DNA from: an uncultured Actinomycetes bacterium
GTDB taxonomy: Bacteria > Actinomycetota > Thermoleophilia > UBA2241
Direction: 5' to 3'
Length of the DNA: 64,000 nt
Assembly (NCBI GenBank): GCA_963755025.1
Contig: CAVWIH010000012.1
Coordinates: 14,017-78,016 of the forward strand
This document shows, piece by piece, positions 17,100-28,437 of the stretch. Made by a program: the position numbers and the translations under genes. Within the stretch, counting starts at the first letter, position 1. Each line of letters opens with the position of its first letter. A model generated the notes under the pieces. It was not told where the DNA came from. It searched no databases and saw only the letters and a program-made list of their open reading frames with translations.

Positions 17100-20000
17100 G
17101 CGTCGGCGCGAGCGCCTGCGAGCGTGCCCTGCGGCCGCGCAACCCGCCGGCGACCAGCGCCGCCCCGACTCCCGACGCGAGCACGGCCCACAGGATCCAG
17201 GCATGGCTCGGCGCGCGCGGGTCGATGATCGTCGCGTCGTTGGGCTTTGTGGTGAACGGGTCGTCGGTCACGATGGGCCTGGTCTGGTCGCTGCCGGCGC
17301 GCGCCTGGTTGGCGATCTCCGAGCCTCCAGGTGTGTCGGCGTCGATCACCGTGTGGAAGCTGACCGTGACCTTGCGCCCCGGCGCCAGGTTCGGGATGGT
17401 CCAGCGCATGTGGGGCGCGCCCGTATCGTCGCGGCCGGGACCTCTGATCGAGCCGGCCTGGTAAGTCTGCCACTTGCCCACGGTGTCGGTGACGAGCACG
17501 TTGGTGAGCGGCGCCTGGCCGACGTTCTTGACCACGATCTTCCAGCCCACGATGTCTCCGGGAGCCGGAGTCCCGCCGTTCAGATCGGCGCCCGTCTTTA
17601 AGGCGGTCATCCTGGCCGTGAGGTGGATGCGCACGTCGGCCGTGTCCTGGACCGAGGCGACCGGGTCGAGGTATTCGTCGATGGCGCCGTCGACGCTCGC
17701 CGTGTTGACCACCGTGCCGCTGTAGCGGCGGGCGGTGAACTTGACGGCGACCGTGATGGACCGGCCCGGCGCCAGGACGCCGGCGCCGGTGAGGTCGGTC
17801 CAGGTGAGCGTGCCGGCCGGAGCCGTGGCCTGCGGCGCAGGTGAAGCCGACACGAACTGCAGGGCCGAGCGGTCGTAGGTGTCGGTGAGCGGTACGGTCG
17901 CGAGCGCGGTGTCGCCCGTGTTGGTGACGACGATCGTGTAGCGGATCGGGTCGCCAAGGCCCACGGTGGCCGGCTGGCCCTTGGCCAGCGACTTGACGAT
18001 GCCCACGGAGGGGTCGGTCGTCGCGGGCTTGACCACCGTGATGGCGGCGGCGTCAGTGGGCGACGTGAGCGCCGCCCCGCCGCCGTCGGCGCCGGTCGCT
18101 GCGGCGACGTTCGTGTAGTCGTCGAGCGCGACCATGCCGACGTGCATGCGATAGGTCAGGGTGAGCTGCTGGCCCGGGGCCAGCGTGGCGTGCAGGTCCC
18201 AGGTGAGGTGGGACCCGGCGGTGACGGCGGGGTCGGCCGTCGAGGAGCCGCCCGGCCAGACGGCGCTCGTGCTGCCGGCGACATAGGAGAAGTCGCCCAC
18301 CGGCAGCACGTCGTTCACGGCTACGTCGCTCGCCGGCGCGTCGCCTGAGTTGGTGACGACCACGCTGTAGGCGACGTCGTCGTAGCGGTTGACCGTGGCG
18401 TCGCCCACGACCGCCTTGGCGACGGTGAGCGCCGGCGCCAGTGTCGTGACCATGGCGTCGTCGCTCACGGGACCGTAGGTGCGCGCCCCGGCGCCGGCCA
18501 GAGAGGCGCCCGTCACCGAGGCGACGTTCGTGAGCTCGCGGCCGCTCGTCACGCCGCCATCGACGCGCGACACCATGACGATGGTGATGACGGCGCCCGG
18601 GTCGAGCGTGACCGTCGGCGCAAAGCTCAGCGTGACCGGGTCGCCTGAGGTGTCGGCGATGTAATCGGCGCCGGCGATGAGCGGCACGCCGCCGATGCTC
18701 ACCGAGGTGATCACCGGACTGGCGCCGGCGGCGAACAGCTCGACCGGCACCTGGTCGCTGACCGCGAGGTCGTGGGCGGGGCTCGTGCCGTCGTCGCCGA
18801 GCTTCACCGTGAAGGTCACGGGGTCGCCGGGGCCGGCGCTCGTGGGGTCGGCGTCCTTGCTGATCGTCAGGTGCGGCTCGACGATCGTCACGTCGGAGGC
18901 GGCGGCGTCGTTGTGGTGCGCGCCGGCGGGGCCGTCTAAGTAGTCGAGGTCGGCCACGTTGTGCAGCACGTCCTGGCCGCTGCCGAGCCCGGCCGGCAGG
19001 CCGCTCAGCGGCGCGCCGTCGTGGTAGGTGTCGTTCACGGTCACGGCGACCTGCAGCGTGGGCGTCGTGGGCGGCGCGCCCTGCTGCCAGACCGGCGGCA
19101 GGGTCCAGGTCACTGTGGTCGTGCCGTCGGGGTTGGCCGCGTAGGCGGTCGTACCGACGGTGGCTGCGGTACCGGTGACGCTGAGACCGTCCGGCACCGT
19201 GTCGGTCACCGTACCGCTGTAGAGCGTCGTGCCGTCCGGTACGTTCAAGCCCACCGTGTACTGGAAGCTCTGGCCGATCGTCGCGACGCCGCCGGGAGCG
19301 TCGTTGGTCTTTGTAATGCCAGCCTCGGCCATGGTCAGGCTGTCGCTCGCGTCGGTCCCGTAGGTGCGCTCGCCGGCGACGTCGCCCGGCATGCTCGTGT
19401 AGCTCGTCTGGGCGGCGTTGGTATAGGTGGCCCCCGGCGCCGGAGCGGCGGGGTCGGGCGGCTGCACGAAGGCGTTGCGATAAGCGATCGTCAGCGTCTC
19501 GCCGGGCGCCAGGTCGGTCCGCGAGCTCAGGTACTCGATCTGCAGCGTCGTGCCGCTGTAGCTGACCGCGTAGTCGCTGCCGGGCGCAAGCACGCCGTTG
19601 GTCGAATGGGTCACCGTCACGTTCGTGGCGGGCGCAAAGCAGGACGGCGGCGTGTCGACGAAGTCGTAGCCGGCGCCGTCTTCGTAGGCGGTGGCCCAAC
19701 CTGAGTTGGCGATCACCACGGAGCTGTCGACCGGCGTGGCCGCAGAAGCGGGAGCGTGCGTGCTGAAGCTCTTGGTCATGGTCAGCACGGGCTGGTCGAT
19801 CGTCTCGGTAGCGTTCGCCTGGGAGCTGTGCGGCCCGACGCCGTCGGACCAGGCGAAGGTCGCCGTGTCTACGGACGTGGCGGGTCCGGCGGCGGCGTCC
19901 CACAGCCAGGCGCCACCGTCGGTCTTACCGGTGACCTGCATCTGGAAGGTCAGGTCGAACACGTAGTCGGTGTCGCCCTGGGGGCCCGGATCGGCGTTGT

Positions 20001-23000
20001 CGATCGCGCCCGCGAGGGCGAAATCGAGCGTGGAGCCGGGCGCAGGGTGGGTCGTGTCTTCGGTCACACCGGTGAGCGCGGCTGCGGTCTGGGGGTCGCC
20101 GCTCACGTAGGTGATGGCCGCCGAGCCCGGCACGTAGCGCAGGCCGTCGGTGGCGATGACGTCGGTCAGGGAGGGCGCGTAGGCGACCGTCTCGGCGGGC
20201 ACGGTGACGCGCACGGTGTAGGTCAGCGTCTCGCCGATGCGCGCCGTCGCCGGGCTGACGTCTTTGGTGAGGGCGGCGTCGCGCGTGGTGATCGAGGCGA
20301 AGCTCGTGTCGAGGGTGTAGTTGGTCTCCTGCGGACTGTCGTCGTAGACGCGCGAGCCTGCCGGGGCGCCGTCCTTTGAGGCCCAGTCGACGTCGGCGGT
20401 ATTGACCAGCGTCGCGCCCGAGCCGACGTCGTCGCGCACCTGCGCCGTGAACGCCACGACGATCGAGGCGCCGGGGGCCAGCGAGGTACGGCTCGTGCCG
20501 CCGTCGAAGTCGATGGTCTGCGGAGTCGCGGCGAAGTCGGCGGCGTAGTCGACGCCCGGCGTGAGCGCCCCGCTGGGTCCGGTCACCGACAGCAGCTGCG
20601 GCGCTTCGAGCCCGGCCGGCAGGCTGTCCTGCCAGGTGATGTCGTAGGCGGTGCTCCAGCCGGTGTTGGTGATCGTGGTCTGGTACTTGACCTGCGAGCC
20701 GCCTGCGTAGGGGCCCGTACTGGTCACCGTCTTGACGAGCGTGAGCAGCGGCTGGTCGACGTTGCTCTGCACCAGGGCCGACTGGGCGTTACGGTCGGTG
20801 GCGGCCGGGCGCACGGGCGGCTCGGTCGTGTTCCAGTACACGCGGCCGCGGTCGCCGATCTGGTCGCCGGCGGTGGCCGGCCAGAACTCCCAGGAGCCGT
20901 TGTCTTCGAGCCCCGTGACCAGCACGCGGAACGTGAGCTTGAACACGTAGGGCGTGGTCTGGCCGCGGTTGTCGACAGGGTCGGCGAGCGGCCAGGTGAA
21001 GGTCGTCGAGTTGCTGCCGGCTGTGTTGACCGCTGGCGCGAAGCCCGCGGCGAAGGCGGCCGGCGAGTCCGGCGTGCCGGAGACGTCCTGCAGCGACGGT
21101 TGCAGGCTGGGGTCCCAGGCGAGCCCGTCCCTGTTGACCACGTCCTGGATGCTCGGCCAGTAGCCGATCTCGCCCTTGGGGACGGTGACCTGCAGCGTGT
21201 AGGTGAGGGTGTCGCCGACGGTCACCGGCGTCGTCGGTGCGGCGGTCTTGGTGACCAGCAGGTTGGCGAGGCTCACCGTGGCGGCGTCGGTGTTCGGGTC
21301 GGCCACGTTGTTCGTGCCCGGCGTCGCCCGCCCCGAGCCGTCGGCCTGGGTGTTGTAGCCGACCGTGGCGAGGTTGGTGAGCGTCGCGCCCGCGACGCCG
21401 CCGCTCGTGTCCACTGTGGCCGTGTAGACCAGCGTCAGCGTGGCTCCCGCCGGGATCGCCGTGTGCACGGCGCCGGTCTCGAGGTCGACGCTCAAGACGC
21501 CGGTCGCAGGGTCGTAGACCGGCGTCGTCACGTAGTCGACGCCGGGCGCAAGCGCCGTGCCGTCGAGCGTGACGGAGTCGATGGTCGGGGTCGCCAGGCG
21601 CATGCCCACCGGCAGGGTATCGGTGATCAGGACGTCGCGCGCGGCGGCGTGGCCAGAGTTCACGATGGTCGTCGTGTACGTGACGTGATCGCCCGGCAGC
21701 AGACCGCTGGTGGGGGTGGCCTTCTTGGTGAGCGTGAGCAGCGGCGCGGTGTAGTCGACGGTCGCCGCGGCTCTGTCGGAGTACTGGGCGCCGAACGTGT
21801 TGACGCCGGTGAGCTGCCAGAGGTTGTTGGCGACGACGCCGTCGGCGACGGCGGCGACGTCGTCGACGTGGGCGGTGAACGTCGCCTGCCACCAGCCGGC
21901 CCGGGCGACGTTGCCCAGGTACCATTGCAGGCCCTGCATGCCGCCGAGGCTGACGATGGTGGGCTCCCCGGTGACGTTGAGCGGCGGCGCGCTGCCGCCG
22001 GGATCGGTGAAGTCGCCGGCGCTCGACGGCGTCACCACAAGGTCGTCGCTGTAGCTCATGCCCGGCGGCAGCCAGTCGGTCACCGCGATGTTGCCCATGG
22101 CGATGTCGGAGTTGGTCGGCGTCAGGCCGTCGGTGGTGTTGAAGCGCACCCGAAAGCGCACCGTGTCACCGACCGTGCGCGAGGTCGTCTGCACCCACGT
22201 GCCCGAGCCGGGCGGGTCCTCCTCCTGCTTGCTCACGAGCGGCAGCGAGGTGCTGAATCCGGCCGCGGCGTGCGAGGTGCTGGTGCCGTTCGCCCGGGTC
22301 GCGTCGACCTGGTCGGCCCACGTGCCCGAGACGTCGGCGTTGTTGGTGAGTGAATCGCCGGCGATCACCGGCAGACCCCCGATCACCGGTCCGCGCCAGG
22401 TGTCGTCGACGGTCGCCGTGAAGGTGATGGAGGCGCCGGACCCGGGCGCGAGCGCAGCGAGCGCGGTACCGTCCCAGATGAGCGTGGTCGTGCCGTCGGA
22501 GTTGGGCCACACCGAGCTCGGCGCGGGCGTCGCGTCGTCGTTGTACGACTGGCCGTCGGGCAGCACGTCGGTGACGGTGATCGAGTCCGGGGCCTGCTTG
22601 AGGATGGCGTAGTACTGCGAAGCAGAGTAGGTGAGCGTGTAGGCGACCACCGTGCCGTTCCCGCCCGACGTTGGGCTCGCCGACTTGGCGATGGTCAGGT
22701 AGGCGGCGGTGACCGGAGACGACGCTGTGTCGGTCACCGGCGTCCCCTGGTAGGTGGCGGTCAGGTCGGCGGTGTTGACGAAGGTCGTCTTGTCGGCGAT
22801 GGGCGCGCCCAGTCCCGGCGTGCCGCCGAAGTCGGCCGTGGGGCGGTCGGTGCCGCCGTCGTCGGTGCCGTAGTAGTCGTAGCGGATGCCCGCCGCGTAA
22901 CGGATCGTCTGCACCTGCGCGGCGCTCATGGCGCCCAGGCTCCAGCGCACCGTCGTCACCCCCGTCGCGGGATCGCGCCGCGGATACCCGGCGTCGGGGG

Positions 23001-23757
23001 CCGGTCCGCTGGTGACGCCCAGGAACTCGAGGCCGTCGGGCAGCGTATCGGTGACCACCACGGCGCCGGTCGCGTTCACGTAGTTGTTCTGCACGTTCAG
23101 GCTGTAATGGAAGACCCGCGCCTCGGTGCCGGTCGCCTGCTCCACGCCGGTCGACTGCTCGGTCGTCTTGCTGATGAGCTTGATGGGCAGGACGGGGTCG
23201 GAGTCGCTGGCGCTGCCTGAATAGACGGCCCCGGTGCCGTTGGGGAACTGCGCCACGGTGGCCGTGACGGTGTCGTTCAGCAGGTCGTTGACGCGCCAGC
23301 TGGGGTCGCCCGAAAGGTCGACCGTGAAGGTCAGGCGATAGCTCTCGGTGGGCGCCAGGTCCCTGATGTTGAGGAACTGGATCGTCGTGTCGCCGGTGAT
23401 GGCGCTGGTGGCCACCGAGGTCGGATAGGCCGCGCCCGATGCATCCTGAGCCGAGACGAAGCTGACCGTGCCCTGCGGGTTGGGGCGGCTGCTCGAGAGC
23501 ACGTCGACGAGGCTCAGGTTGTAGGCCTTCGTGTCGCCTGAGTTCTGCACCGTGACGGTGTAGGTGGCGGTCCCGCCGAGCAGCGGCGGCGCGGTGGCCG
23601 TCTTGGTGACGGTCAGCTGCGCGGCGGCGTGAGCGCTGGCGGGCAGCGCCAGGGCGCCCAGGACGGCCAGCGTCGCCGCGACCCCGAGCCACGAACGACG
23701 CCCAGGGCGCCGGCCGCCTCGCACGTCGGAGCGGCGAACGAGCCGAAAAGATGCCAC
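17056..23757 (-). CDS. Giant cell-surface protein (~2,230 aa) with 14 DUF11/isopeptide-type Ig-like repeats and a C-terminal TM anchor
   Basis: GGAGG then GTG 23757; signal peptide ending ASAHA; recurring L.v.K...G..v.Yt..v.N.G..A....vtD.lP...N.A modules; C-terminal AWILWAVLASGVGAALVAGGLRGRR. The track ORF extension to 25455 is antisense to uvrD. Confidence 0.85.
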   Translation of the reverse strand: MASFRLVRRSDVRGGRRPGRRSWLGVAATLAVLGALALPASAHAAAQLTVTKTATAPPLLGGTATYTVTVQNSGDTKAYNLSLVDVLSSSRPNPQGTVSFVSAQDASGAAYPTSVATSAITGDTTIQFLNIRDLAPTESYRLTFTVDLSGDPSWRVNDLLNDTVTATVAQFPNGTGAVYSGSASDSDPVLPIKLISKTTEQSTGVEQATGTEARVFHYSLNVQNNYVNATGAVVVTDTLPDGLEFLGVTSGPAPDAGYPRRDPATGVTTVRWSLGAMSAAQVQTIRYAAGIRYDYYGTDDGGTDRPTADFGGTPGLGAPIADKTTFVNTADLTATYQGTPVTDTASSPVTAAYLTIAKSASPTSGGNGTVVAYTLTYSASQYYAILKQAPDSITVTDVLPDGQSYNDDATPAPSSVWPNSDGTTTLIWDGTALAALAPGSGASITFTATVDDTWRGPVIGGLPVIAGDSLTNNADVSGTWADQVDATRANGTSTSHAAAGFSTSLPLVSKQEEDPPGSGTWVQTTSRTVGDTVRFRVRFNTTDGLTPTNSDIAMGNIAVTDWLPPGMSYSDDLVVTPSSAGDFTDPGGSAPPLNVTGEPTIVSLGGMQGLQWYLGNVARAGWWQATFTAHVDDVAAVADGVVANNLWQLTGVNTFGAQYSDRAAATVDYTAPLLTLTKKATPTSGLLPGDHVTYTTTIVNSGHAAARDVLITDTLPVGMRLATPTIDSVTLDGTALAPGVDYVTTPVYDPATGVLSVDLETGAVHTAIPAGATLTLVYTATVDTSGGVAGATLTNLATVGYNTQADGSGRATPGTNNVADPNTDAATVSLANLLVTKTAAPTTPVTVGDTLTYTLQVTVPKGEIGYWPSIQDVVNRDGLAWDPSLQPSLQDVSGTPDSPAAFAAGFAPAVNTAGSNSTTFTWPLADPVDNRGQTTPYVFKLTFRVLVTGLEDNGSWEFWPATAGDQIGDRGRVYWNTTEPPVRPAATDRNAQSALVQSNVDQPLLTLVKTVTSTGPYAGGSQVKYQTTITNTGWSTAYDITWQDSLPAGLEAPQLLSVTGPSGALTPGVDYAADFAATPQTIDFDGGTSRTSLAPGASIVVAFTAQVRDDVGSGATLVNTADVDWASKDGAPAGSRVYDDSPQETNYTLDTSFASITTRDAALTKDVSPATARIGETLTYTVRVTVPAETVAYAPSLTDVIATDGLRYVPGSAAITYVSGDPQTAAALTGVTEDTTHPAPGSTLDFALAGAIDNADPGPQGDTDYVFDLTFQMQVTGKTDGGAWLWDAAAGPATSVDTATFAWSDGVGPHSSQANATETIDQPVLTMTKSFSTHAPASAATPVDSSVVIANSGWATAYEDGAGYDFVDTPPSCFAPATNVTVTHSTNGVLAPGSDYAVSYSGTTLQIEYLSSRTDLAPGETLTIAYRNAFVQPPDPAAPAPGATYTNAAQTSYTSMPGDVAGERTYGTDASDSLTMAEAGITKTNDAPGGVATIGQSFQYTVGLNVPDGTTLYSGTVTDTVPDGLSVTGTAATVGTTAYAANPDGTTTVTWTLPPVWQQGAPPTTPTLQVAVTVNDTYHDGAPLSGLPAGLGSGQDVLHNVADLDYLDGPAGAHHNDAAASDVTIVEPHLTISKDADPTSAGPGDPVTFTVKLGDDGTSPAHDLAVSDQVPVELFAAGASPVITSVSIGGVPLIAGADYIADTSGDPVTLSFAPTVTLDPGAVITIVMVSRVDGGVTSGRELTNVASVTGASLAGAGARTYGPVSDDAMVTTLAPALTVAKAVVGDATVNRYDDVAYSVVVTNSGDAPASDVAVNDVLPVGDFSYVAGSTSAVWPGGSSTADPAVTAGSHLTWDLHATLAPGQQLTLTYRMHVGMVALDDYTNVAAATGADGGGAALTSPTDAAAITVVKPATTDPSVGIVKSLAKGQPATVGLGDPIRYTIVVTNTGDTALATVPLTDTYDRSALQFVSASPAPQATAPAGTLTWTDLTGAGVLAPGRSITVAVKFTARRYSGTVVNTASVDGAIDEYLDPVASVQDTADVRIHLTARMTALKTGADLNGGTPAPGDIVGWKIVVKNVGQAPLTNVLVTDTVGKWQTYQAGSIRGPGRDDTGAPHMRWTIPNLAPGRKVTVSFHTVIDADTPGGSEIANQARAGSDQTRPIVTDDPFTTKPNDATIIDPRAPSHAWILWAVLASGVGAALVAGGLRGRRARSQALAPTPTPDGAGRARRRRR

Positions 23758-23846
23758 AAGACCCTCCACAGGCGTTTGCCAAGGCTCGCGGAGCGCCGCC
23801 ATGCGTGAGTCCCCGGAGTCGCTCGCTGTTAGCTTGAGTACGACGA

Positions 23847-23874
23847 CTATCGACAGCGATGAGTCGCACCTTGA
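23847..23874 (-). promoter_or_regulatory. sigma28/WhiG-like promoter motif upstream of the DUF11 giant protein
   Basis: Minus strand reads TCAA-N16-GTCGATAG. Confidence 0.4.
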
Positions 23875-24061
23875 CGTCCGGCAGCCATAGTGCGCTCGTG
23901 GGGCCGCAGCGAGCCGGCCCGCGGTAGCCGACACGCGCGCCCAGACCCGCGCCGCGCGCCCGGACTCGCGGCTCGCGCCCGGACCCCCGCCTCCGCCCCG
24001 CTCCCGCCGTCGCTGCGACGTGGTATCCTCAGCCGCAGGAGATACGAACAGGAGTTCGCTC

Positions 24062-26088
24062 ATGCTCGTCGAGCTCAACCCCGAGCAGCTGGCCGCCGCC
24101 TCGTACGGCGACGGCCCTCTGCTGATCGTCGCCGGCGCCGGCACCGGCAAGACGGCCACGCTCGTGCACCGGGTCGCCCACCTTATCGGGCGCGGCGTCG
24201 ACCCGCGGCGCATCCTGCTGCTCACCTTCACGCGGCGCGCCGTCGGCCGAGATGTTGCGCCGCGTCGACAGCCTGCTCGCCGCCGAAGCCGTCGGCGCAC
24301 GGCCGCGCCCGCGAGCGCGTCTGGGGTGGCACGTTCCACGCCATCGCCGCCCGCCTGCTGCGCATCCACGCCCGCGACCTCGGCATGGAACCCGACTTCA
24401 CCATCCTCGACCGCAGCGACTCCGAAGACCTGCTGCACGTCGAGCGCACGGCGCTCGGCCTGGGCCGCGACGGCCCCCGCTTTCCGCAAAAGGCCACCTG
24501 TCTCGACATCTACTCGCGCTGCGTCAACGCCCAGACGCCGTTGCCCGACGTCCTGCGCGTCGCGTTTCCCTGGTGTGACACGGCCGAAGAGGGCCTCGGC
24601 CGGCTTTTCGCGCGCTACACCGACGCAAAAGAAGAGCAGCAGGTGCTCGACTACGACGACCTCCTGCTGTTCTGGCGCGCGCTGCTGGCCGACCCGCTCG
24701 CCGGGGCGCGCGTGCGCGCGCGCTTCGACCACGTGCTGGTCGACGAATACCAGGACACCAACGCCCTGCAGGCCGAGATCGTCGCGCTGCTGCGCCCCGG
24801 CGGCCGCGGCGTCACCTGCGTGGGCGACGACGCCCAGGCCATCTACAGCTTCCGCGCCGCCACAGTGCGCAACATCTTCGACTTCGAGCAACGCTTTCCG
24901 GGCGCCGAGGTGCTCACCCTCACGCGCAACTACCGCTCCACGGCGCCCATCCTGGCGGCCACCAACGCCGTCATCGCCGAGGCCGCCGAGCGCCGCGACA
25001 AGGTGCTCTGGACCGAGCGCGCGGGGGGCGCGCGGCCGCTGCTCGTCACCTGCCGCGACGAAGACGAGCAGACGGCGTGGCTCGCCGAGCGCATCCTCGA
25101 GCACCGCGAGCAGGGCACGGCGCTCACCGCGCCAGGCGGTGCTGTTTCGCGCCCAGCACCATTCGCTGCTGCTCGAGATCGAGCTCTCTCGGCGCAACAT
25201 CCCCTTTCGCAAGTACGGCGGCCTGCGCTTCGTCGAGATGGCGCACGTCAAAGACCTGGTCGCCTTTCTGCGCCTGGCCGAGAACCCGCGCGACGCCATG
25301 GCGAGCCTGCGCGTGCTGGGCCTCATACCGGGCATCGGCCCGGCCACCGCGGCCACGCTCGGCGAGGCGCTCGCGGCCGGCGGCGGCGACTTCGCCGCCT
25401 GGGCCGCCGTCAGAGTGCCCGAGCCCGCGCGCGGCGTCTGGCCCGCCGTCGTCACGCTGCTGCGCGGCCTGGCCGGGGCCGCCCCCGGCGAGGTGCCGGC
25501 CCAGGTGCACGCCGTGCGTATCGTCTACCAGCCGCTGCTCGAGCGCCGCTACGACAACGCGCCGGCCCGGCTGCGCGACCTCGAGCAGATCGAGGGGCTC
25601 GCCTCGCGGGCGAGCGACCGCGCCCAGTTCCTCGCCGACCTCGTGCTCGACCCCCCGGCCTACACGCAGGAGCTCGCCGGCCCGCCGCTGCTCGACGAGG
25701 ACTACCTCATCCTCTCGACCATGCACTCGGCCAAGGGCCTCGAGTTCGACGTGGTCTACGTCATGCACGCCGCCGACGGCAACATCCCCTCCGACATGGC
25801 GACCGGCAGCACCGACGAGATCGAAGAGGAGCGCCGCCTGTTCTACGTGGCCTGCACGCGCGCCCGCGACACGCTCTACGTCACCCACCCGCTGCGCTAC
25901 TACACGCAGCCCTGGGCCAAGGCCGACACCCACGGCTACGCGCAGCGCTCGCGCTTTCTGAGCGAGGCCGTCGTGGCCCACTTCGCGCAGGCCCAGGCGG
26001 TGCCCGAGCCCCTCGGCGGCGACGGCGCGCCGCTCGAGCGCACGAGTCGGCGTCGATCCGTGCGGGCATCCGTTCACTGTGGGAATAA
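24062..26088 (+). CDS. UvrD/PcrA family ATP-dependent DNA helicase (multiple frameshifts)
   Basis: AGGAG then ATG 24062; LNPEQ, AGAGTGKT, TFTRRA, GTFH, VDEYQDTN, VGDDAQAIYSFR, NYRST, TMHSAKGLEF and EERRLFYVACTRA alternate between frames. Confidence 0.9.
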
Positions 26089-26188
26089 GCTAGGCGACAG
26101 CGGGGCGCAGGGCCGGCCGGTCCGGCGTCCCCCGACCTTCGATCGTCGAGCACGAGCTTTGCAGGGCAAGACCGATCGGGAGCAGCCC

Positions 26189-27173
26189 ATGGCGGTAGAC
26201 ACGCGCGACAACGTTTCCTTCCAGGACGAGGAGATGCGCGAGGTCGCCGAGGCGGCGCAGCGCATCGAGGCCAACGTGGCCTCCGTCATCCTCGGCAAGA
26301 ACGACGTGGTCCGGGCCTGCGTCGTGGCCCTGCTGGCCGGCGGTCACCTCGTCATCGAAGACTATCCCGGGGTCGGCAAGACCCTGCTGGCCAAGGCCCT
26401 CGCGCGCTCCGTCGACTGCAAGTTCGCGCGCGTGCAGTTCACCCCCGACCTGCTGCCCAGCGACGTCACCGGCGTCGGCGTCTTCAACCAGAAGACGCGC
26501 GAGTTCGAGTTTCGCCCCGGCCCCATCTTCGCCAATATCGTGCTGGCCGACGAGATCAACCGCGCGTCGCCCAAGACCCAGGCCAGCCTGCTCGAGTGCA
26601 TGCAGGAACGGCAGGCGACGATCGACAACACCACGCATCCGATCGCCGCGCCCTTCATGGTCATCGCCACCCAGAACCCGATCGAATACGAGGGCACCTA
26701 CCCGCTGCCCGAAGCGCAGCTCGACCGCTTCATGATGCGCCTGAGCCTGGGCTACCCCGACACCGACGCCGAAGAGGCGATCCTGCACGAACAGACCTCG
26801 CGCGACCCGTTCGCGCAGCTCGGTCCGGTGCTCGACGCCGGGCAGGTGCTCGCCATGCAGCGCTGCCGTCGAGCGCGTCAAGGTCGTGCCGGCGCTCCAC
26901 CGCTACGTCGTGGCCATCCTCGCGGCCACGCGCGCCACCCGCGACATCTACCTGGGCGCCAGTACCCGCGCCGGCATCACCCTCGTGCGCGCCGCCAAAG
27001 CCCTGGCGGTGCTGCGCGGGCGCGACTTCGTCGCGCCGCAAGACATCAAGGACCTCTCCGGTCGAGTGCTCGGCCATCGCATCATCCTGTCCTCCGACGC
27101 CAAGGTGCACGGCCAGACAGAAGAAGCGGTGGTCGCCAGGCTGCTCGAAGGGGTCCCCGTACCGGGAGCATAG
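26189..27173 (+). CDS. MoxR family AAA+ ATPase 1 (frameshift near 26860)
   Basis: ATG 26189; EDYPGVGKT, RVQFTPDLLPSD, LADEINR, ATQNPIEYEGTYPLPEAQLDRF; C-terminus in ORF 26886..27173. Confidence 0.9.
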
Positions 27174-27175
27174 GC

Positions 27176-28437
27176 ATCGTCCGTCCCACCAGCCGGGGTC
27201 TCGCTCTTCTGGCCGTGGCTCTCGCCACCTACCTGGCGGCGCGCATCCTCGGCACCTGGGAGCTCTACCTTGTGGCCGTCGCCTTTCTTGCGGCGCTCGT
27301 TGTCGTGCGTGGCTGCTCGTGGCGCACGCCGGCCGGCGGCTCACGGCCACGCGCGACCTCGTTCCCAGCCAGCCTACGAGCGGCGACGAGCTCATCGTCT
27401 CGTTTCGGGTGAGCAACGGCTCGCAGCTGCCCGGGCTGCTCGTCACGCTGCCCGACGCGACCGGCGACCTGTCGCCCTCACCCGAGACCATCGAGTTCGC
27501 CAGCCTCGGCTCGCTCCAGGAACGCGCCGCGGCGAGCGCGTCGTTTTCGGCGCGGCGCGGCGTGCACCACCTGCCCGTGCTGTGGGCCGTCGCCGAAGAC
27601 CCACTCGGCCTGGTGCGCGCTCGCCGCCGCCTGGGCGAGCCGCTCGAAGTCACCATCTACCCGCGCCTCGTCGACCTCCACTCCTGCGCGCTCTTTGCCA
27701 ACGTGGGCGCCCACCGCGGGCTGAGCCGGCGCGGCCTGGTGCGCCTGGGCTCCTCGGAGTTTCGCGGCATCCGGCCGCACTACCCGGGTGAGCCGCTCAG
27801 CCACGTCGACTGGAAGGCTACGGCCAAGACGGGCAACCTCATGCTGCGCGAGATGGACGATCCCGAGAGCGGCGACATCACGGTGCTGCTCGACGGCACG
27901 GCCCTGCAGGTCGCGGGCGAGGGCGCCGACTCGAACTTCGAGCTCGCCGTCGAGGCCGCCGGCTCGGTAGCCGACTTCGTGCTGGCCGCCGGACGCGGCG
28001 TCAATCTGCTGCTGCACGACGGCAACTGGCGCAACAGCCGCCTGACCCCCGACGTGAGCGGCCACCGCCGTCTGCTCGACGACCTGGCCGGCGTCAAGGC
28101 CAACGCCAGAGCGCCGCTGTCGACGGCGCTGCCGCGGCTGCGCGCCGGCGGCGGCCGCCTGGCGCGCACGCAGACGCTGGCCGTCGTCGCCCTGGCGCTC
28201 GACTCAGAGCTCGTGCGCTCGCTCATCTCGCTGCACAGAGACGGCCTGCAGGTCTCGGTCGCCGTGGTGGCGGCCGACTCGTTCCGGCCCGACGCGCCCC
28301 CGTCCGGCGACCCAAGGCTGCAGATCGCCCTCGCGGCCGCCGGCGTACCGTGCCTCACGCTGCGACGCGGCGACGACCTGCGCACCGCCTTGTCGTACGC
28401 CCAGGCCGAACGCAGCCTCGCGGGACGGCCCCGATGA
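27176..28437 (+). CDS. DUF58 domain membrane protein 1 (frameshift near 27305; start uncertain)
   Basis: N-terminal RPTSRG plus TM; EDPLGL, EFRGIRPHYPGEPLSHVDWKATAK (DUF58 motif); TGA overlaps the next ATG. Confidence 0.82.

Noticed and set aside
23758-25455. N-terminal 566 aa of the 2799-aa ORF
   Set aside because: This is antisense shadow of uvrD plus intergenic DNA. The RBS and signal peptide place the real start at 23757.
24020-27412. Apparent UvrD-MoxR-DUF58 fusion (1130-aa ORF)
   Set aside because: It is produced by frameshifts. UvrD ends at TAA 26088 in another frame and MoxR has its own RBS and ATG at 26189.
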